Assembly: GCA_965223335.1 (NCBI GenBank)
Contig: OZ244991.1
Span: forward strand, 2,336,001 to 2,400,000
From: Thermodesulfobacteriota bacterium
GTDB lineage: Bacteria > Desulfobacterota_D > UBA1144 > Nemesobacterales > UBA2774
DNA length: 64,000 nt
Reading direction: 5' to 3'
The notes beneath the pieces are model-generated. The model did no database searches. It saw nothing but the letters and a program-made list of their open reading frames with translations, and had not been told where the DNA came from. Shown here piece by piece: positions 32,489-43,212 of the stretch (position 1 is the first letter of the stretch; every line of letters begins with the position of its first letter). The translations under genes and the position numbers were made by a program.

Positions 32489-32657
32489 ATTCCTACCCCC
32501 TATACTCATTATAGTACTATTTAGATATTTATAATTGGACAAACAACAATTGTTGATAGTAAATTATATTGATCAGTCTCCATTAAAAAATTAAGTATAG
32601 CATCAAAACCCCATACAGTACCAATGCATGAACATATCTTGCCTTTAGCCTTTCTCG

Positions 32658-33433
32658 ATGGGATCACAGATCCCAATCCGACATTCACCCCTCAACCCCA
32701 TTTATTCCCTGTCGGTCGCTCAACCTCCCTCTGCCCCAACCTATTCTGACCTACGGTCGTGGTACTACTACTCCCTATCGGCCCCCACCTCGCGGCCCCC
32801 ATTGGCACTAAAGTCCCGATACTACCTCAAGGGGTCTGTCCCGCTTTATCCGTGGACTGACCCCGTAGTTACGGAACAAAAAAGGGGTCTGTCCCGCTTT
32901 ACCTGTGGACTGTCCCCGTTGTTGCCTCTAGGAGTTTTTTCTTTCGACTTCCCCCCATGAGGTCATAGACCTCAATCCCGACATTCAGCGATTAGCGGCA
33001 CACAGTGTGTGCATCCATATCTTGAGTCTTTAGCCTTTTCACAATGGGATTGCAAATCCCAATCCGACATTACGGCAATGGCGTATAGAAAATAAGCTTG
33101 AGAGGCGTTAAAAATGGATTTCGGGGATGTGGTTGGATAAATCCGTTTAGCATCGAGAGATTATTTTTAGCCATTTCCGTTCAGTCGGTGACTTTTGGCT
33201 ACTTTTGGTCACACAAAAGTAGCAAATAATTAGGTAATTATTATCGGTCTACTGACATATAAGCTCTAGAGCAAATTAAGTCCCGGTACTACCTTTTGAA
33301 TGGGGCCTCCAGGCCCCCGGTCTCTTTATTTTGTCCCGACCTGCCGGTCGCTCAACCTCCCTCTGCCCCAACCTATTCTGACCTACTGTCGTGGTACTAC
33401 TACTCCCTCGCGGCCCCCACCTTGCGGTCCCCA
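32658..33433 (+). repeat. mosaic cluster: C units, 2x B, A beta (33043-33223), C units
   Basis: shared modules. Confidence 0.85.
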
Positions 33434-34789
33434 TCACTTATACCTAAACTCACTCCACCTGCTCTTACGTCCCGGTACTCCAAGGCTGTCCACGGCCCAC
33501 ACTCTCCAACGGTAATCTACATTGCTCCTAAACTGAGCCTCGTACTTAAACCTATTCTCACTAAGCCCGCTATACGTGTTCATTCGACTCCATCCCCTTC
33601 CTGTACTCTGCTCTATTTCCAGCGTATACGAGTTTGCACCCAACACAGGTTTCCACGTAAACACGGGTGCGCGGCTGTGCGCAGTCAGCTCTGCATTGCT
33701 TGCGGGGTATGACTGTCTAGGCGGCTTCAGGTCCGATGTCCCTCCGGTCGCTATCTTTTGCCATGTATAGGTACCCTTCGAGTTGCTCATTACCAATAAC
33801 TCCCGTCCGTCTGACCCTCTGGATTCACTCAGCCTAAATGGTGCCTCTGTACCCGACTTGTTGAGCCCGCAAAAAGCCAGCCAGACCGATTCGCTTATGG
33901 CCTTAAGCCCCCCGTCCCAGTCTGTGGCCACGTTGCCACCCCCGGGCACCCCGCTTATGTTGGGAGCCGAGAGCTCACCCTGGCACTGTATGCGCGAGCG
34001 CGCAGACGCACTTTGTCCAAACGGTTTTATCGACAGAACCCATCTGGTTCTGCCCGAGGGCTCTACAATCATCGTCCCGTAACTGCCGTTTAATCCCAGG
34101 GGTTTTGTTACATTCCCCTCCCGCCACGAGACCAGCTCATATGTACCAACATCCTTTTTCGGCACAACCGGCAGTGTTACCTCTGGTGGTTCCGGAGTGG
34201 GCACAGGAGTTGGTACCGGAGTCGGTACAGGTGTGGGTTTTGGTGTAGGTACCGGTGTTGGTTTTGGTGTTGGCTCTGGTGTGGGTTCCGGTGTGGGTTC
34301 CGGTGTAGGTTCCGGTGTGGGTTCAGGTGTCGGTTCCGGTGTAGGTTCCGGTGTTGGTTCGGGAGTTGGCTCAGGTGTTGGCTCCGGTGTTGGTTCGGGA
34401 GTTGGCTCAGGTGTTGGCTCCGGTGTTGGTTCGGGAGTTGGCTCTGGGGTCGGTTCCGGTGTAGGTTCCGGTGTTGGTTCGGGAGTTGGCTCAGGTGTTG
34501 GCTCCGGGGTCGGTTCTGGAGTCGGTTCGGGCGTCGGTTCCGGTGTCGGTTCGGGAGTCGGTTCTGGTGTCGGTTCCGGTGTCGGTTCTGGCGTAGGTTC
34601 TGGCGTAGGTTCCGGTGTCGGTTCGGGTGTGGGTTTAGGAGTCGGTTTTATCTCCTCTTCCTCGTCCTCGAGTGTTGCCTGTGCTATTTCAACTCTATTT
34701 ATATCATCAAAAGCATATGATTTACCCCCGACTATAAAACAACCGACAATAAACCCCAATAATATTGCGCAACCGATCGTCCTACACAT
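33434..34789 (-). CDS. secreted protein with long PEPT linker and C-terminal FN3-like domain
   Basis: signal peptide, about 38 PTPE/K/V repeats, FTWKPV...[13 protein letters not shown]. Confidence 0.8.
   Translation of the reverse strand: MCRTIGCAILLGFIVGCFIVGGKSYAFDDINRVEIAQATLEDEEEEIKPTPKPTPEPTPEPTPEPTPEPTPEPTPEPTPEPTPEPTPEPTPEPTPEPTPEPTPEPTPEPTPEPTPEPTPEPTPEPTPEPTPEPTPEPTPEPTPEPTPEPTPEPTPEPTPEPTPEPTPEPTPEPTPKPTPVPTPKPTPVPTPVPTPVPTPEPPEVTLPVVPKKDVGTYELVSWREGNVTKPLGLNGSYGTMIVEPSGRTRWVLSIKPFGQSASARSRIQCQGELSAPNISGVPGGGNVATDWDGGLKAISESVWLAFCGLNKSGTEAPFRLSESRGSDGRELLVMSNSKGTYTWQKIATGGTSDLKPPRQSYPASNAELTAHSRAPVFTWKPVLGANSYTLEIEQSTGRGWSRMNTYSGLSENRFKYEAQFRSNVDYRWRVWAVDSLGVPGRKSRWSEFRYK
34190..34648 (-). 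repeat. 12-nt coding tandem repeat (PEPT)n
   Basis: synonymous third-position variation keeps Pro-Glu-Pro-Thr. Confidence 0.9.
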
Positions 34790-35009
34790 CCATTCCCCCT
34801 TTTCCAATCAACACTACCGTTACCAATATCCCCACGATCTGATAGGGCACTCTCCACTATTATATAGAATAGTTCACTCAAACTCCACAATACCAAATTA
34901 ATACATTAATCAATATCTAGAGATACCATCTTCTAAAATTACTTATATGTATATACGGTCAAATCGGCGGGTCGAACTTATCCCTATGTATAGTGACACT
35001 ACTCGGCAG

Positions 35010-35588
35010 CTACAAAACCTTTAACGTTGTCTCGGCCTCTTCTTCCTCTACGTCTACTTCTCGAAGCGGTTCATTGGTCAAGGCACATAGGTGAGTGTCC
35101 CCAAGGGCGTTTCGAATAAAATGCATGCACGAACCACAGCTGTTAAACATAATGTTTTTGTTACGTCGCTGTATACTCGCGAGCAGGCTGGTGAGTATCC
35201 TGTTAAGATTCTCTCTATCCTCCGGATCCAGGTCTATAATTGCACCCATTATCTGGTGCGGCGGGTACTGCTGTTCTACAAACTCTCTACCTTTATCAGT
35301 TAAAACACACAATAAATTTTCTTTACTGCTCACTTCAGTGTCCGCGAATTTTTTTATATAACCGTCTCGTTCCAGTAAATCCAAGTGAGTCAATGTATCA
35401 GGCATGCCCCTTCCCACAAAACCACAAATCGACTCCATATTTTTTTTGTACCGATTGTCCATCGACAGGTAGCCCAGTATTTGCGAGCTCGTAGGTTCCA
35501 TATCTTGCTTGAGACTCGATATACGTTTTTCATCACGTAGCAAGTTGCCGAATTCTTCTAGTAGCGAGACAAGGTTTAGATGAATCAT
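35010..35588 (-). CDS. degenerate MarR-family protein with partial Cys tail
   Basis: paralog of 47169; LTDKG; CGSC..C but no fourth Cys. Confidence 0.75.
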   Translation of the reverse strand: MIHLNLVSLLEEFGNLLRDEKRISSLKQDMEPTSSQILGYLSMDNRYKKNMESICGFVGRGMPDTLTHLDLLERDGYIKKFADTEVSSKENLLCVLTDKGREFVEQQYPPHQIMGAIIDLDPEDRENLNRILTSLLASIQRRNKNIMFNSCGSCMHFIRNALGDTHLCALTNEPLREVDVEEEEAETTLKVL

Positions 35589-35726
35589 GATAGTTAATGA
35601 TTATTATTTATAATCACCTATCAACAATATAACACATACACCTTGTCCTGTATACCTGTCCCATGTCTAATCAATAATTGTTATCCGAAACCTAACACCC
35701 GCCGAAATGCAATTTCTTCACACCAA

Positions 35727-36314
35727 TTAAGGTGCTCTCGTCGATTCGATCGTGGTTTCATGCTCGCGACAGACCTTGTTGCTGTCCTCGGTGCTAAGCG
35801 CCTCTCGGGTAAGCCCGCACTGGTGTGTGTCGCCAAGCCCGTTAAGCCTAAAATGCTTGCACGACTTACACACCCCAAACACCACACCGTCGTTCCGGCG
35901 CTGGAGCGACCTCATGACGTTGGTCATCAGCTTCTCCAACATCTCGCGCTCCATCGGCACAAGCTCGAGTATCGCCCCCACAACGTTATGCGGTGGATAC
36001 TGTTTCTCTACAAATTCCCTGCCCCTGTCCGTAAGCGTGTAATGTGCCGGGTCGTCCTGTGCCCCGCTGTGATGCTCCGCAACATAACCGGCGTCCACAA
36101 GGCCGTGTATACTTGGCGTTACCTCTGCCATGCTCTCGCAAAGAAAATCGGCTACACCCCCCGATGTATTGCTGTACCTGTTACACATCGATAGATACCC
36201 GAGTATATGCGACTGCACCGGTTCAATCGACGCATCAGCTACAATGATCTCTTCCTCGGCTCTAAGCAGGTTCCCTATTCTGTACATAAGCGATATAAGT
36301 CGTGAGTGGTCCAT
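35727..36314 (-). CDS. MarR-family protein with C-x2-C-x13-C-x15-C tail
   Basis: YLSMCNRYS, LTDRG, GVCKSC...CREHE. Confidence 0.8.
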   Translation of the reverse strand: MDHSRLISLMYRIGNLLRAEEEIIVADASIEPVQSHILGYLSMCNRYSNTSGGVADFLCESMAEVTPSIHGLVDAGYVAEHHSGAQDDPAHYTLTDRGREFVEKQYPPHNVVGAILELVPMEREMLEKLMTNVMRSLQRRNDGVVFGVCKSCKHFRLNGLGDTHQCGLTREALSTEDSNKVCREHETTIESTRAP

Positions 36315-36497
36315 ATGATCAATCCCCGTTTGTGAGTTTATTAAAGTATATTCCCAACGAGATCTATTCTCTAGGGTTATGCATATAGCCTTGTTATGTA
36401 CTTTGCATACAATGCATAACAACACTGCTTATACCTAGAGTTAATTATTGTTTTAGGTCAGGATATATGGCTTTGGCAATTATCACTTAGGCCATGA

Positions 36498-36767
36498 TTA
36501 CGGCCCCGTGCACGGCACGTCCGGCGGTGCGTCCCATCCCATGATAGACGTACAGCGCTCTAGGTCCGCACAGGAAATTTTAAACTCCTTACCCTCAGGG
36601 TCCGTAGCCGCCAACGCCTCTACCCCCACAGGGATGTTCTTGCATATACTCGCATCAAACCCGTCCCCCTGCTCTTGCTCCTGGGAATAATCCCCCCCGG
36701 CACACGCCCCCAACAAAAACGCACCAGTGACCACCACAACCGCAAGCTTCTTTAATACTTTGTCCAT
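36498..36767 (-). CDS. small Cys-containing lipoprotein
   Basis: lipobox LGAC; GGAGG RBS. Confidence 0.7.
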   Translation of the reverse strand: MDKVLKKLAVVVVTGAFLLGACAGGDYSQEQEQGDGFDASICKNIPVGVEALAATDPEGKEFKISCADLERCTSIMGWDAPPDVPCTGP

Positions 36768-36832
36768 TTATCCCTCCCTCTGCTCCACTCTAACCCCATC
36801 ATACACCATCTCCCCCAACATTACCACCCATA

Positions 36833-36908
36833 AATTAGGGACGGTGCCCTATTATTATAACCATCATATATTACTCCTATTTATTTAATTAGGGACGGAG
36901 CCCTATTT
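36833..36908 (+). repeat. pair of AATTAGGGACGG(T/A)GCCCTATT palindromes upstream of RAYT
   Basis: two copies 54 nt apart; similar pair at 46716-46792. Confidence 0.75.
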
Positions 36909-36924
36909 GTGTTATAATTTCCCC

Positions 36925-37596
36925 ATGCCAAGGCTTTCGAGAATTGTCATCCCAGGTGTACCGCACCACATCACTCAGCGCGGCAACAGAAAACAAGACG
37001 TTTTCTTCACTGTGGACGATAGACTTACATACTTAAATTGGCTCTACGATTACTCCGACAAATACAATATTGAGACCCTAGCCTACTGCCTGATGGACAA
37101 CCACGTTCATCTCATAGCAGTCCCCTCCGACACCGACTCACTCGAGATGATGCTCCGTTCCCTTCACTCACGTTATGCCCAGAAAATAAATCGCGATCAC
37201 GACTGGACCGGCCACTTGTGGCAAGGCCGGTATTTCTCGTCCCCGCTCGACGAATCCTATCTATGGGCGGCAATCAAGTATGTCGAGACCAACCCTGTGC
37301 GCACAGGGCTTGTATCCCATGCCGCGGATTATATGTGGAGCAGTGCCCGGGGGCATTGCGGATTATCCAAAGACAAGCTCCTTAGCACACGCATGCAATG
37401 GACTAATATGTTTGACAGTATCGCTGATTGGGCCGAGTGGCTCGCCGTAGGCCAAGAAAACGAAGAGATTACAACAGCTATTAGAACCAACACTGCCAAG
37501 GGCATGCCGAGCGGCACAAAAGAGTTCTTAGACAAGCTCACAATCTTGACTAAGAGGTCAGTCCACCCACGCTCCCCCGGCCGGCCGAAATTATAA
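36925..37596 (+). CDS. REP-associated tyrosine transposase (RAYT/TnpA-REP, HUH Y1 family)
   Basis: MPR..R......HHITQRGN, YCLMDNHVHL (HUH), GHLWQGRY, YVETNPVR (catalytic Tyr), WSS. Confidence 0.92.
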   Translation: MPRLSRIVIPGVPHHITQRGNRKQDVFFTVDDRLTYLNWLYDYSDKYNIETLAYCLMDNHVHLIAVPSDTDSLEMMLRSLHSRYAQKINRDHDWTGHLWQGRYFSSPLDESYLWAAIKYVETNPVRTGLVSHAADYMWSSARGHCGLSKDKLLSTRMQWTNMFDSIADWAEWLAVGQENEEITTAIRTNTAKGMPSGTKEFLDKLTILTKRSVHPRSPGRPKL

Positions 37597-37628
37597 TCTC
37601 CCCCGCGCTTTACAATGTTTGAATTGCT

Positions 37629-38024
37629 TCAAACCTTATATTTCACATACAAAAGCGCCCCGATCCAGTACAAGTTCATTCCAACTACCATATAATCTAC
37701 AACTTTATAATCCTGCTTGTCTAAAAACACTGGAGATACTGTAATCCCCATCGCTACCCCAACAAATACCATCCCCCAAATTAGAGTTCTTATTACTTGC
37801 AAGTCCTTGTGCATCAAACAGTAATAAGCTAGAGGCGACAACAGTACGCCATTAATCACACCCATTTGAACCGAAGCAAGTAATATTATGTAATTAAACA
37901 ACTCAACAAATGATAATGGAAATTTTCTTGCACCAACCAACATCCATGCTGTTGCAATACCGGCAATACAGCTAAGATACAATATTCTCACATAACTGTT
38001 ATGAATTACCGTGCCACGCTTCAT
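37629..38024 (-). CDS. membrane protein, repeated-domain paralog
   Basis: NS.V.IL...GIATA.M.VG...FP...LLSPLAYYCL..KDL. Confidence 0.65.
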   Translation of the reverse strand: MKRGTVIHNSYVRILYLSCIAGIATAWMLVGARKFPLSFVELFNYIILLASVQMGVINGVLLSPLAYYCLMHKDLQVIRTLIWGMVFVGVAMGITVSPVFLDKQDYKVVDYMVVGMNLYWIGALLYVKYKV

Positions 38025-38031
38025 ACCCCAT

Positions 38032-38433
38032 TCACATCCTTCTCTTCGCATACACCAACGCCCCAATCCAATAAACAATCATCAGCATGTAAAGTAAGAA
38101 GAAATCACCATCATCGTCCGACGAGGTCTCATCATATACTCGCATTAGAATCCCAGCAAGCATGCACAGTAGCATCATTCCAACAATGAGATATTGCACT
38201 ACTGAAAGGTCTTTTCCTTCTAATGCATAAAACGCAATTGGCCATAAAAAAATTGAATGGAAAACCCCAATAATTGTAGCTATTATCAATACAACCGGAT
38301 CGACAACCAACATTCCGAATGATTGTGGAAAATGCAAACTGCCAACCATCATGAAAGCAGTCGCTATCCCCGCAACCAACCCATATAACAGTATTTTCCA
38401 ACCACTGTTCCTAACTACCTTCTGGCTCTCCAT
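38032..38433 (-). CDS. membrane protein, repeated-domain paralog
   Basis: same domain as neighbours. Confidence 0.7.
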   Translation of the reverse strand: MESQKVVRNSGWKILLYGLVAGIATAFMMVGSLHFPQSFGMLVVDPVVLIIATIIGVFHSIFLWPIAFYALEGKDLSVVQYLIVGMMLLCMLAGILMRVYDETSSDDDGDFFLLYMLMIVYWIGALVYAKRRM

Positions 38434-39244
38434 GATCCCTCACCCGAAACTTCACATATAACAGTGCAGCAATCCAATAGATGTTCATAATAATAGCAAC
38501 CTCAACAATATCGTTACCGTCTGTTCTGTTTAAAACCAAGGGTGACAGCGCAATTCCCACAACAACGCCCACAATAGCCATCCCCCATTGCAGTTTTTTT
38601 ACTATTTTTGTATCTCTGTCACGTAGACAAAAATATGCTAGAGGTGATAGTAATCCCCCGTTGATAATCCCCAAACCTGTTGAAAATATCAAAGCTATAG
38701 GATTTACAATCAACATTCCAAATCCAAGAGGAAATCCAAGTGCACCCACGATCATATACGCAGTTAAAATTCCTGTCACTAAACTTAGCCACAATATTCT
38801 CCAGAAACTGTTCTTTACCTGTGGGCTTTCACCTTTTTGTGAGACTTGCAGGGTATTATTATCTATACCCGCTAGATACTTAACACAAAGCAGCGCTACA
38901 ACCCAATAACCGACAATAAGACCCGTGTATTGTGCTTCACTAAGAGAATTCATTATAGAGAATCTAAGTACTAGTACAAAGATAATCATTCCAACCAATA
39001 GCGGCCGTAGAAATTTCAAATCTTTATTCTTCAGACAGAATTCAACAAGCGGAAAGAAAATCACACTGCATACAATACTAATTAGGATTAAACCACCAAA
39101 CTCTAGCCCATCTAGAGTGTGAAAACTGAATGGTCCTAATACAAAAATCGTAAATAAAACTGTAGAAATCCCCAGAGCTACACTCACCCACAGAAGTTTC
39201 ATATCACTATTTACAACCCTTCCCTCACCCGTCCCGCTCATCAT
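38411..39244 (-). CDS. membrane protein with two copies of the same domain
   Basis: VNS/KNS...CL..KD/RD...GM...YW..ALL.VK twice. Confidence 0.7.
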   Translation of the reverse strand: MMSGTGEGRVVNSDMKLLWVSVALGISTVLFTIFVLGPFSFHTLDGLEFGGLILISIVCSVIFFPLVEFCLKNKDLKFLRPLLVGMIIFVLVLRFSIMNSLSEAQYTGLIVGYWVVALLCVKYLAGIDNNTLQVSQKGESPQVKNSFWRILWLSLVTGILTAYMIVGALGFPLGFGMLIVNPIALIFSTGLGIINGGLLSPLAYFCLRDRDTKIVKKLQWGMAIVGVVVGIALSPLVLNRTDGNDIVEVAIIMNIYWIAALLYVKFRVRDHGEPEGS

Positions 39245-39794
39245 TTCATCCCACACTATATGACTAAGATCATACCCTCACCATCCTAGGCCCACAGCCT
39301 GTGACTAATAGCACACAGACTGATATAAATAATTTATAAATTAGACACATACTATAATTATATCGCCTATTACAACTACAAAAAAACGCGGACAGGCACT
39401 TGGCCCACCCGCGCTTCATCCAGGGGTCGATGCTACGGAGGCATGCCCCCTTATCCCCGTTCAGTCATCCTCCCTCAATTTATATCCTTTTTATTTGTTC
39501 ACTACCCCCTCAAGCAGCTCTAGATTGCCGGGCTCATGCACCCTACTTGCACTGTTTACGAGCCCGACCCTGCCGGCCTCATACTGTCCCCATACCATAT
39601 CCAGAGCCGGTGTGGTCTGCATCAATGCCAGGATCACAAAGATTGCGGCCAGCACTATGCCCTGGCGCCACAGTCTCGCGATCTCTCGGGATGTATTATA
39701 TGATTTTCTACTATTGAGCATTTCATACCTCACGCAACCGTTTTGTAAGGTATGTAACACCAACAACCAAAAAGGTTCATTAGCACCCACGTCA

Positions 39795-40345
39795 CCATTC
39801 TATCCCTACCTGCCGCTCATACACTACATTCGCTGGCGGTCCCCATATCCACATTTATACCCTGCCGTTCGCACAAGACCGCTCACTGGCGGTCCCCATA
39901 TCCACATTTATACCCTGCCGTTCGCTGACCTCCCTCTAGCCCATCATGTTCCTTCCTACGGTCGTGGTAATACTACTCCCTCTCGGCCCCCAACTCGCGG
40001 TCCCCATTGTTTGCCTATTAATAGCTTTTGTCTTTTGCCTTTCCCCAAATGGGATTGTAAATCCCAGTCCGACATTACGGCAATGGCGTATTGAAAATAA
40101 ACTTGAGAGGCGTTAAGAATGGATTTCGGGGATGTGGGTTGGATTAAATACATTTAGCATCGAGAGATAATTTTTAGCCATTTCCGTACAGTCGGTGACT
40201 TTTGGCTACTTTTGGTCAAGCAAAAGTAGCACATTACATGTGTGGGAATATGATTAATATCGGGCACAAGGGGTCTGTCCCTCTTTACTCGTGGACTGAC
40301 CCCGTAGTTGCGGTAATCATCACAACTCCTGCTACTCCCTAAAAC
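39795..40345 (+). repeat. mosaic cluster: about 4 C units, A beta (40049-40230), B
   Basis: shared modules. Confidence 0.85.
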
Positions 40346-40511
40346 AGGGCGTCCACGCCCTCCCACGACCCCAATTTGTTCCCCCCTGTCGCTAGCTCGA
40401 CTCCGCTAGCTCCCGGTCCCCACTGTCATGTATTGGAAATATAAAGTATGGTAACAACGCAATAGTTCTAATGAAGCATAGCCGTGCAATCATTGGTTAA
40501 AACTATTGAAA

Positions 40512-40934
40512 CTACAATTGGGCCGACATTTGGCTTGCATCTTTATTGACACAGGCCTTAAGGTGCGTATCTATACGCATAATATGATTTTTAATCCAGC
40601 TCTCTGCAGCCCTCTGCACCTTAGACAACAGTTCCTCGCTCACTCCCTTGGCCGCCAGCTCGTTCCTAAACCCCTGAAAGGCATCCAGAAATTTTTTGTG
40701 AGCTTCCTTGTTTTGCTGCGCTATCGGACAGCGGTGCCTCTGCATGCAGGTCTCTTCAAAGATAAAATGCGCCTTGGTATAGTTACCCATAAACCGTATC
40801 ATGTTCTCAAGATAGGCAAGCCCCTCGCCCTTGTTTATCTTGTCGTTAAGCATATTTATCTTATCAAACAGCACCTGGTGCTGGTGGTCAATATCATCGT
40901 CACCCGTTGCGTAATCTTCGCTCCACTCAAGCAT
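40512..40934 (-). CDS. bacteriohemerythrin
   Basis: W..DY.TG...ID.QH, HF..EE..M, H..F, WI.NHI..ID. Confidence 0.9.
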   Translation of the reverse strand: MLEWSEDYATGDDDIDHQHQVLFDKINMLNDKINKGEGLAYLENMIRFMGNYTKAHFIFEETCMQRHRCPIAQQNKEAHKKFLDAFQGFRNELAAKGVSEELLSKVQRAAESWIKNHIMRIDTHLKACVNKDASQMSAQL

Positions 40935-41109
40935 AATTAGCCTCCACTATCTAACTAATCTTAATATAATTAAATTATATACCCAAAATTGTTCAAGATC
41001 ACTATTTTTGTAACATCCCGACAAATATTGTTGTCCCAGACAACTCCATAATATAATTTATTGTTTTATCTTTCGGTTACATCAACATCAACGTGTATCT
41101 TGTCATGGA

Positions 41110-41514
41110 CTAAGCCTTCTTGATCACCTTGCCCATGTTCGTAGATGTGGATCTGAGCATCTTTACCCAGTTGGTTTGGATCTCGCGTACTCCGCGCATA
41201 AACTCTGCCACACTCTCGCGTTGTGCAGGCAGTTCCTCGGCAATGTCGGGGTCCATTTCGGCCATCTCCTCTATTTCTTCCACTATACCCAGCATATCCC
41301 CCGCTGCGCTCATCACATTGTTCATCCACAGTTTCTGGAATCCCACCGCTTCATACAAAAGCTTCTGGCGTGTCTCATCAAACGAGTCCCCATTCTCACC
41401 GCCCAGGTCTTTATCGTGCAGTGATACAGAATATTCGTCAATGTTATTGGATTGTTCCTCCAATATCTTCATAAATTGCTTTAACAATTCTGCTGTTGTC
41501 TTTTTTCTAGCCAT
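41110..41514 (-). CDS. hypothetical helical protein
   Basis: GAGG RBS; 134 aa. Confidence 0.65.
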   Translation of the reverse strand: MARKKTTAELLKQFMKILEEQSNNIDEYSVSLHDKDLGGENGDSFDETRQKLLYEAVGFQKLWMNNVMSAAGDMLGIVEEIEEMAEMDPDIAEELPAQRESVAEFMRGVREIQTNWVKMLRSTSTNMGKVIKKA

Positions 41515-41684
41515 GGTTCCCTCTTACATCTCCCGGTTAAATTAATTTCTACATAATTATATGCCCGCTTTTACCGCTTGCCTATACCTCTATTAAAAAT
41601 ATCTAACCATATAGATAACATTTTACCATCAACAGCTAAATAATTAATGTATTTCATATAATCCGAGTTATACTTCTTTTTATT

Positions 41685-43022
41685 ATGTCTGCACCTTCTG
41701 TAATGGCATTTGTCTTCTCGTTACTGCTCCTCATTTTAATCCCCCTCACCTCCCACGCCCAGACAGAAATAACCATCCAACAACTCACAGATACTACAGA
41801 TACCATTAATCAATTCCCCTCAAACAATGTCGACGGCTCCTTGATAGCGTTCGAATCCAACGGTGACATATCGGAAGAGATGCCGGGACCTACAAACCCA
41901 GACAAAGGATTTGAGATATTTCTGATAGACGAAGCAGGCAAGATAATTCAGCAAACAGACTCTATAATCGGAGGAGGCAGCAGTACAAGCCCTTCTATAA
42001 GCTCAGAAGCTCTTAATATCGCCTACCAATCAGATGCCGATCATACAGGTGGATTCAATTTAGATAGCACTACCGAGATTTTCACCGTATTTACTATGAA
42101 TGCAACCAGCATGTTACTTCAAGTTACAAACTCCACGACTGGTAATAGCACCAATCCATCCATAAATTCCAACGCCACAAGAATCGCCTTTGAGTCCACA
42201 TCCGACCTCACAGGAGACAATGCCGACATGAACCGCGAAATATTCCTATGGAAAGCTCCACCCAATATTACTCAGATCACTAAAACAACCTCAGGCGAGA
42301 GCCGTAACCCCTCTATTAATGCCGAGGGCTCTATTGTAGCTTTCGAATCCACTTCCGATATAACCGGCAATAACCCTGATCAAAACAGTGAAATTTTCTT
42401 TAGGATCGACGGCCAAGGTATCACCCAGGTCACTGACTCAAAAGTGGGTAGTAGTGTCCACCCTTCTATTAATTCCGATGGCTCCATCATAGCTTTCGAG
42501 TCCACATCCGACCTTACTGGCGATAACGCCGACGGTAATAACGAGATTTTCCTTTGGGACAGCACATCTGGTCTAAAGCAGATCACCGACACTTTTATCC
42601 ACCACAACTCACGGGCCTCTATCGATGGCGACGGCCGACGGATAGCCTTTATGTCCAACTCAAACATTACTGGGGATAATCCTGATTCGAATACCGAGAT
42701 TTTCATTTGGGACCGCCCAACCGGAATTACTCAAGTCACCGACACATTCTCAGCCATTAGTCGCAATCCATCAATAAGCACAGATGGAAGGACCATTGCA
42801 TTTGAATCCAATGCAAATCCGGTTAATAACAATTTCGATTTAAATAGCGAAATTTTCTTAGCTACTATTATAAGACTCACCAACCCCTCCACCGGCGGCG
42901 GCTGCAGCTTAATCTCCAATCAGCCACATTCACTCCCCCAATCCACCGCCAACCTCGCCCTACTCCTCATGCCCCTGCTCATCATCGCAGTACGCATCAC
43001 CCGAAAGTGTTGTAGTCCATAA
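41685..43022 (+). CDS. TolB/WD40-like repeat surface protein with Cys CTERM anchor
   Basis: PSI...G..IAFES..D.TG.N.D.N.EIF repeats; GGGCSL...ANLALLL.P. Confidence 0.88.
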   Translation: MSAPSVMAFVFSLLLLILIPLTSHAQTEITIQQLTDTTDTINQFPSNNVDGSLIAFESNGDISEEMPGPTNPDKGFEIFLIDEAGKIIQQTDSIIGGGSSTSPSISSEALNIAYQSDADHTGGFNLDSTTEIFTVFTMNATSMLLQVTNSTTGNSTNPSINSNATRIAFESTSDLTGDNADMNREIFLWKAPPNITQITKTTSGESRNPSINAEGSIVAFESTSDITGNNPDQNSEIFFRIDGQGITQVTDSKVGSSVHPSINSDGSIIAFESTSDLTGDNADGNNEIFLWDSTSGLKQITDTFIHHNSRASIDGDGRRIAFMSNSNITGDNPDSNTEIFIWDRPTGITQVTDTFSAISRNPSISTDGRTIAFESNANPVNNNFDLNSEIFLATIIRLTNPSTGGGCSLISNQPHSLPQSTANLALLLMPLLIIAVRITRKCCSP

Positions 43023-43044
43023 GTACCGGTACTATGTTTTGCTT

Positions 43045-43175
43045 GGGGTCGCTTGACCCCCCGTACCCATAGGTAGCTCAAGGGGTCTGTCCCTCTTTAC
43101 CCGTGGACTGACCCCGTAATTGCAGTAATCATCACAACCCCCGGTACTCCCTAAATACAAGGTCCCTGACCCTCC
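43045..43175 (+). repeat. family B + accessory modules
   Basis: GGGGTCTGTCCC..GGACTGACCCC at 43082-43115. Confidence 0.8.
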
Positions 43176-43212
43176 CTCCCACTCCACATTAGATCGAGTA
43201 ATATATATCCCC

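Noticed and set aside
34197..34901. (GSGV)n plus-strand ORF
   Set aside because: Antisense shadow of the PEPT linker gene, which has a signal peptide and folded domains
36925..37596. IS200/IS605 insertion sequence with tnpB or omega RNA
   Set aside because: No tnpB/iscB; length, QRGN motif and C-terminal extension fit RAYT rather than IS200 TnpA
39381..39480. Possible riboswitch or sRNA
   Set aside because: Imperfect hairpins only; no aptamer consensus I can recognise
39491..39790. Possible small secreted protein
   Set aside because: A hydrophobic stretch exists but there is no convincing start or RBS; left uncalled
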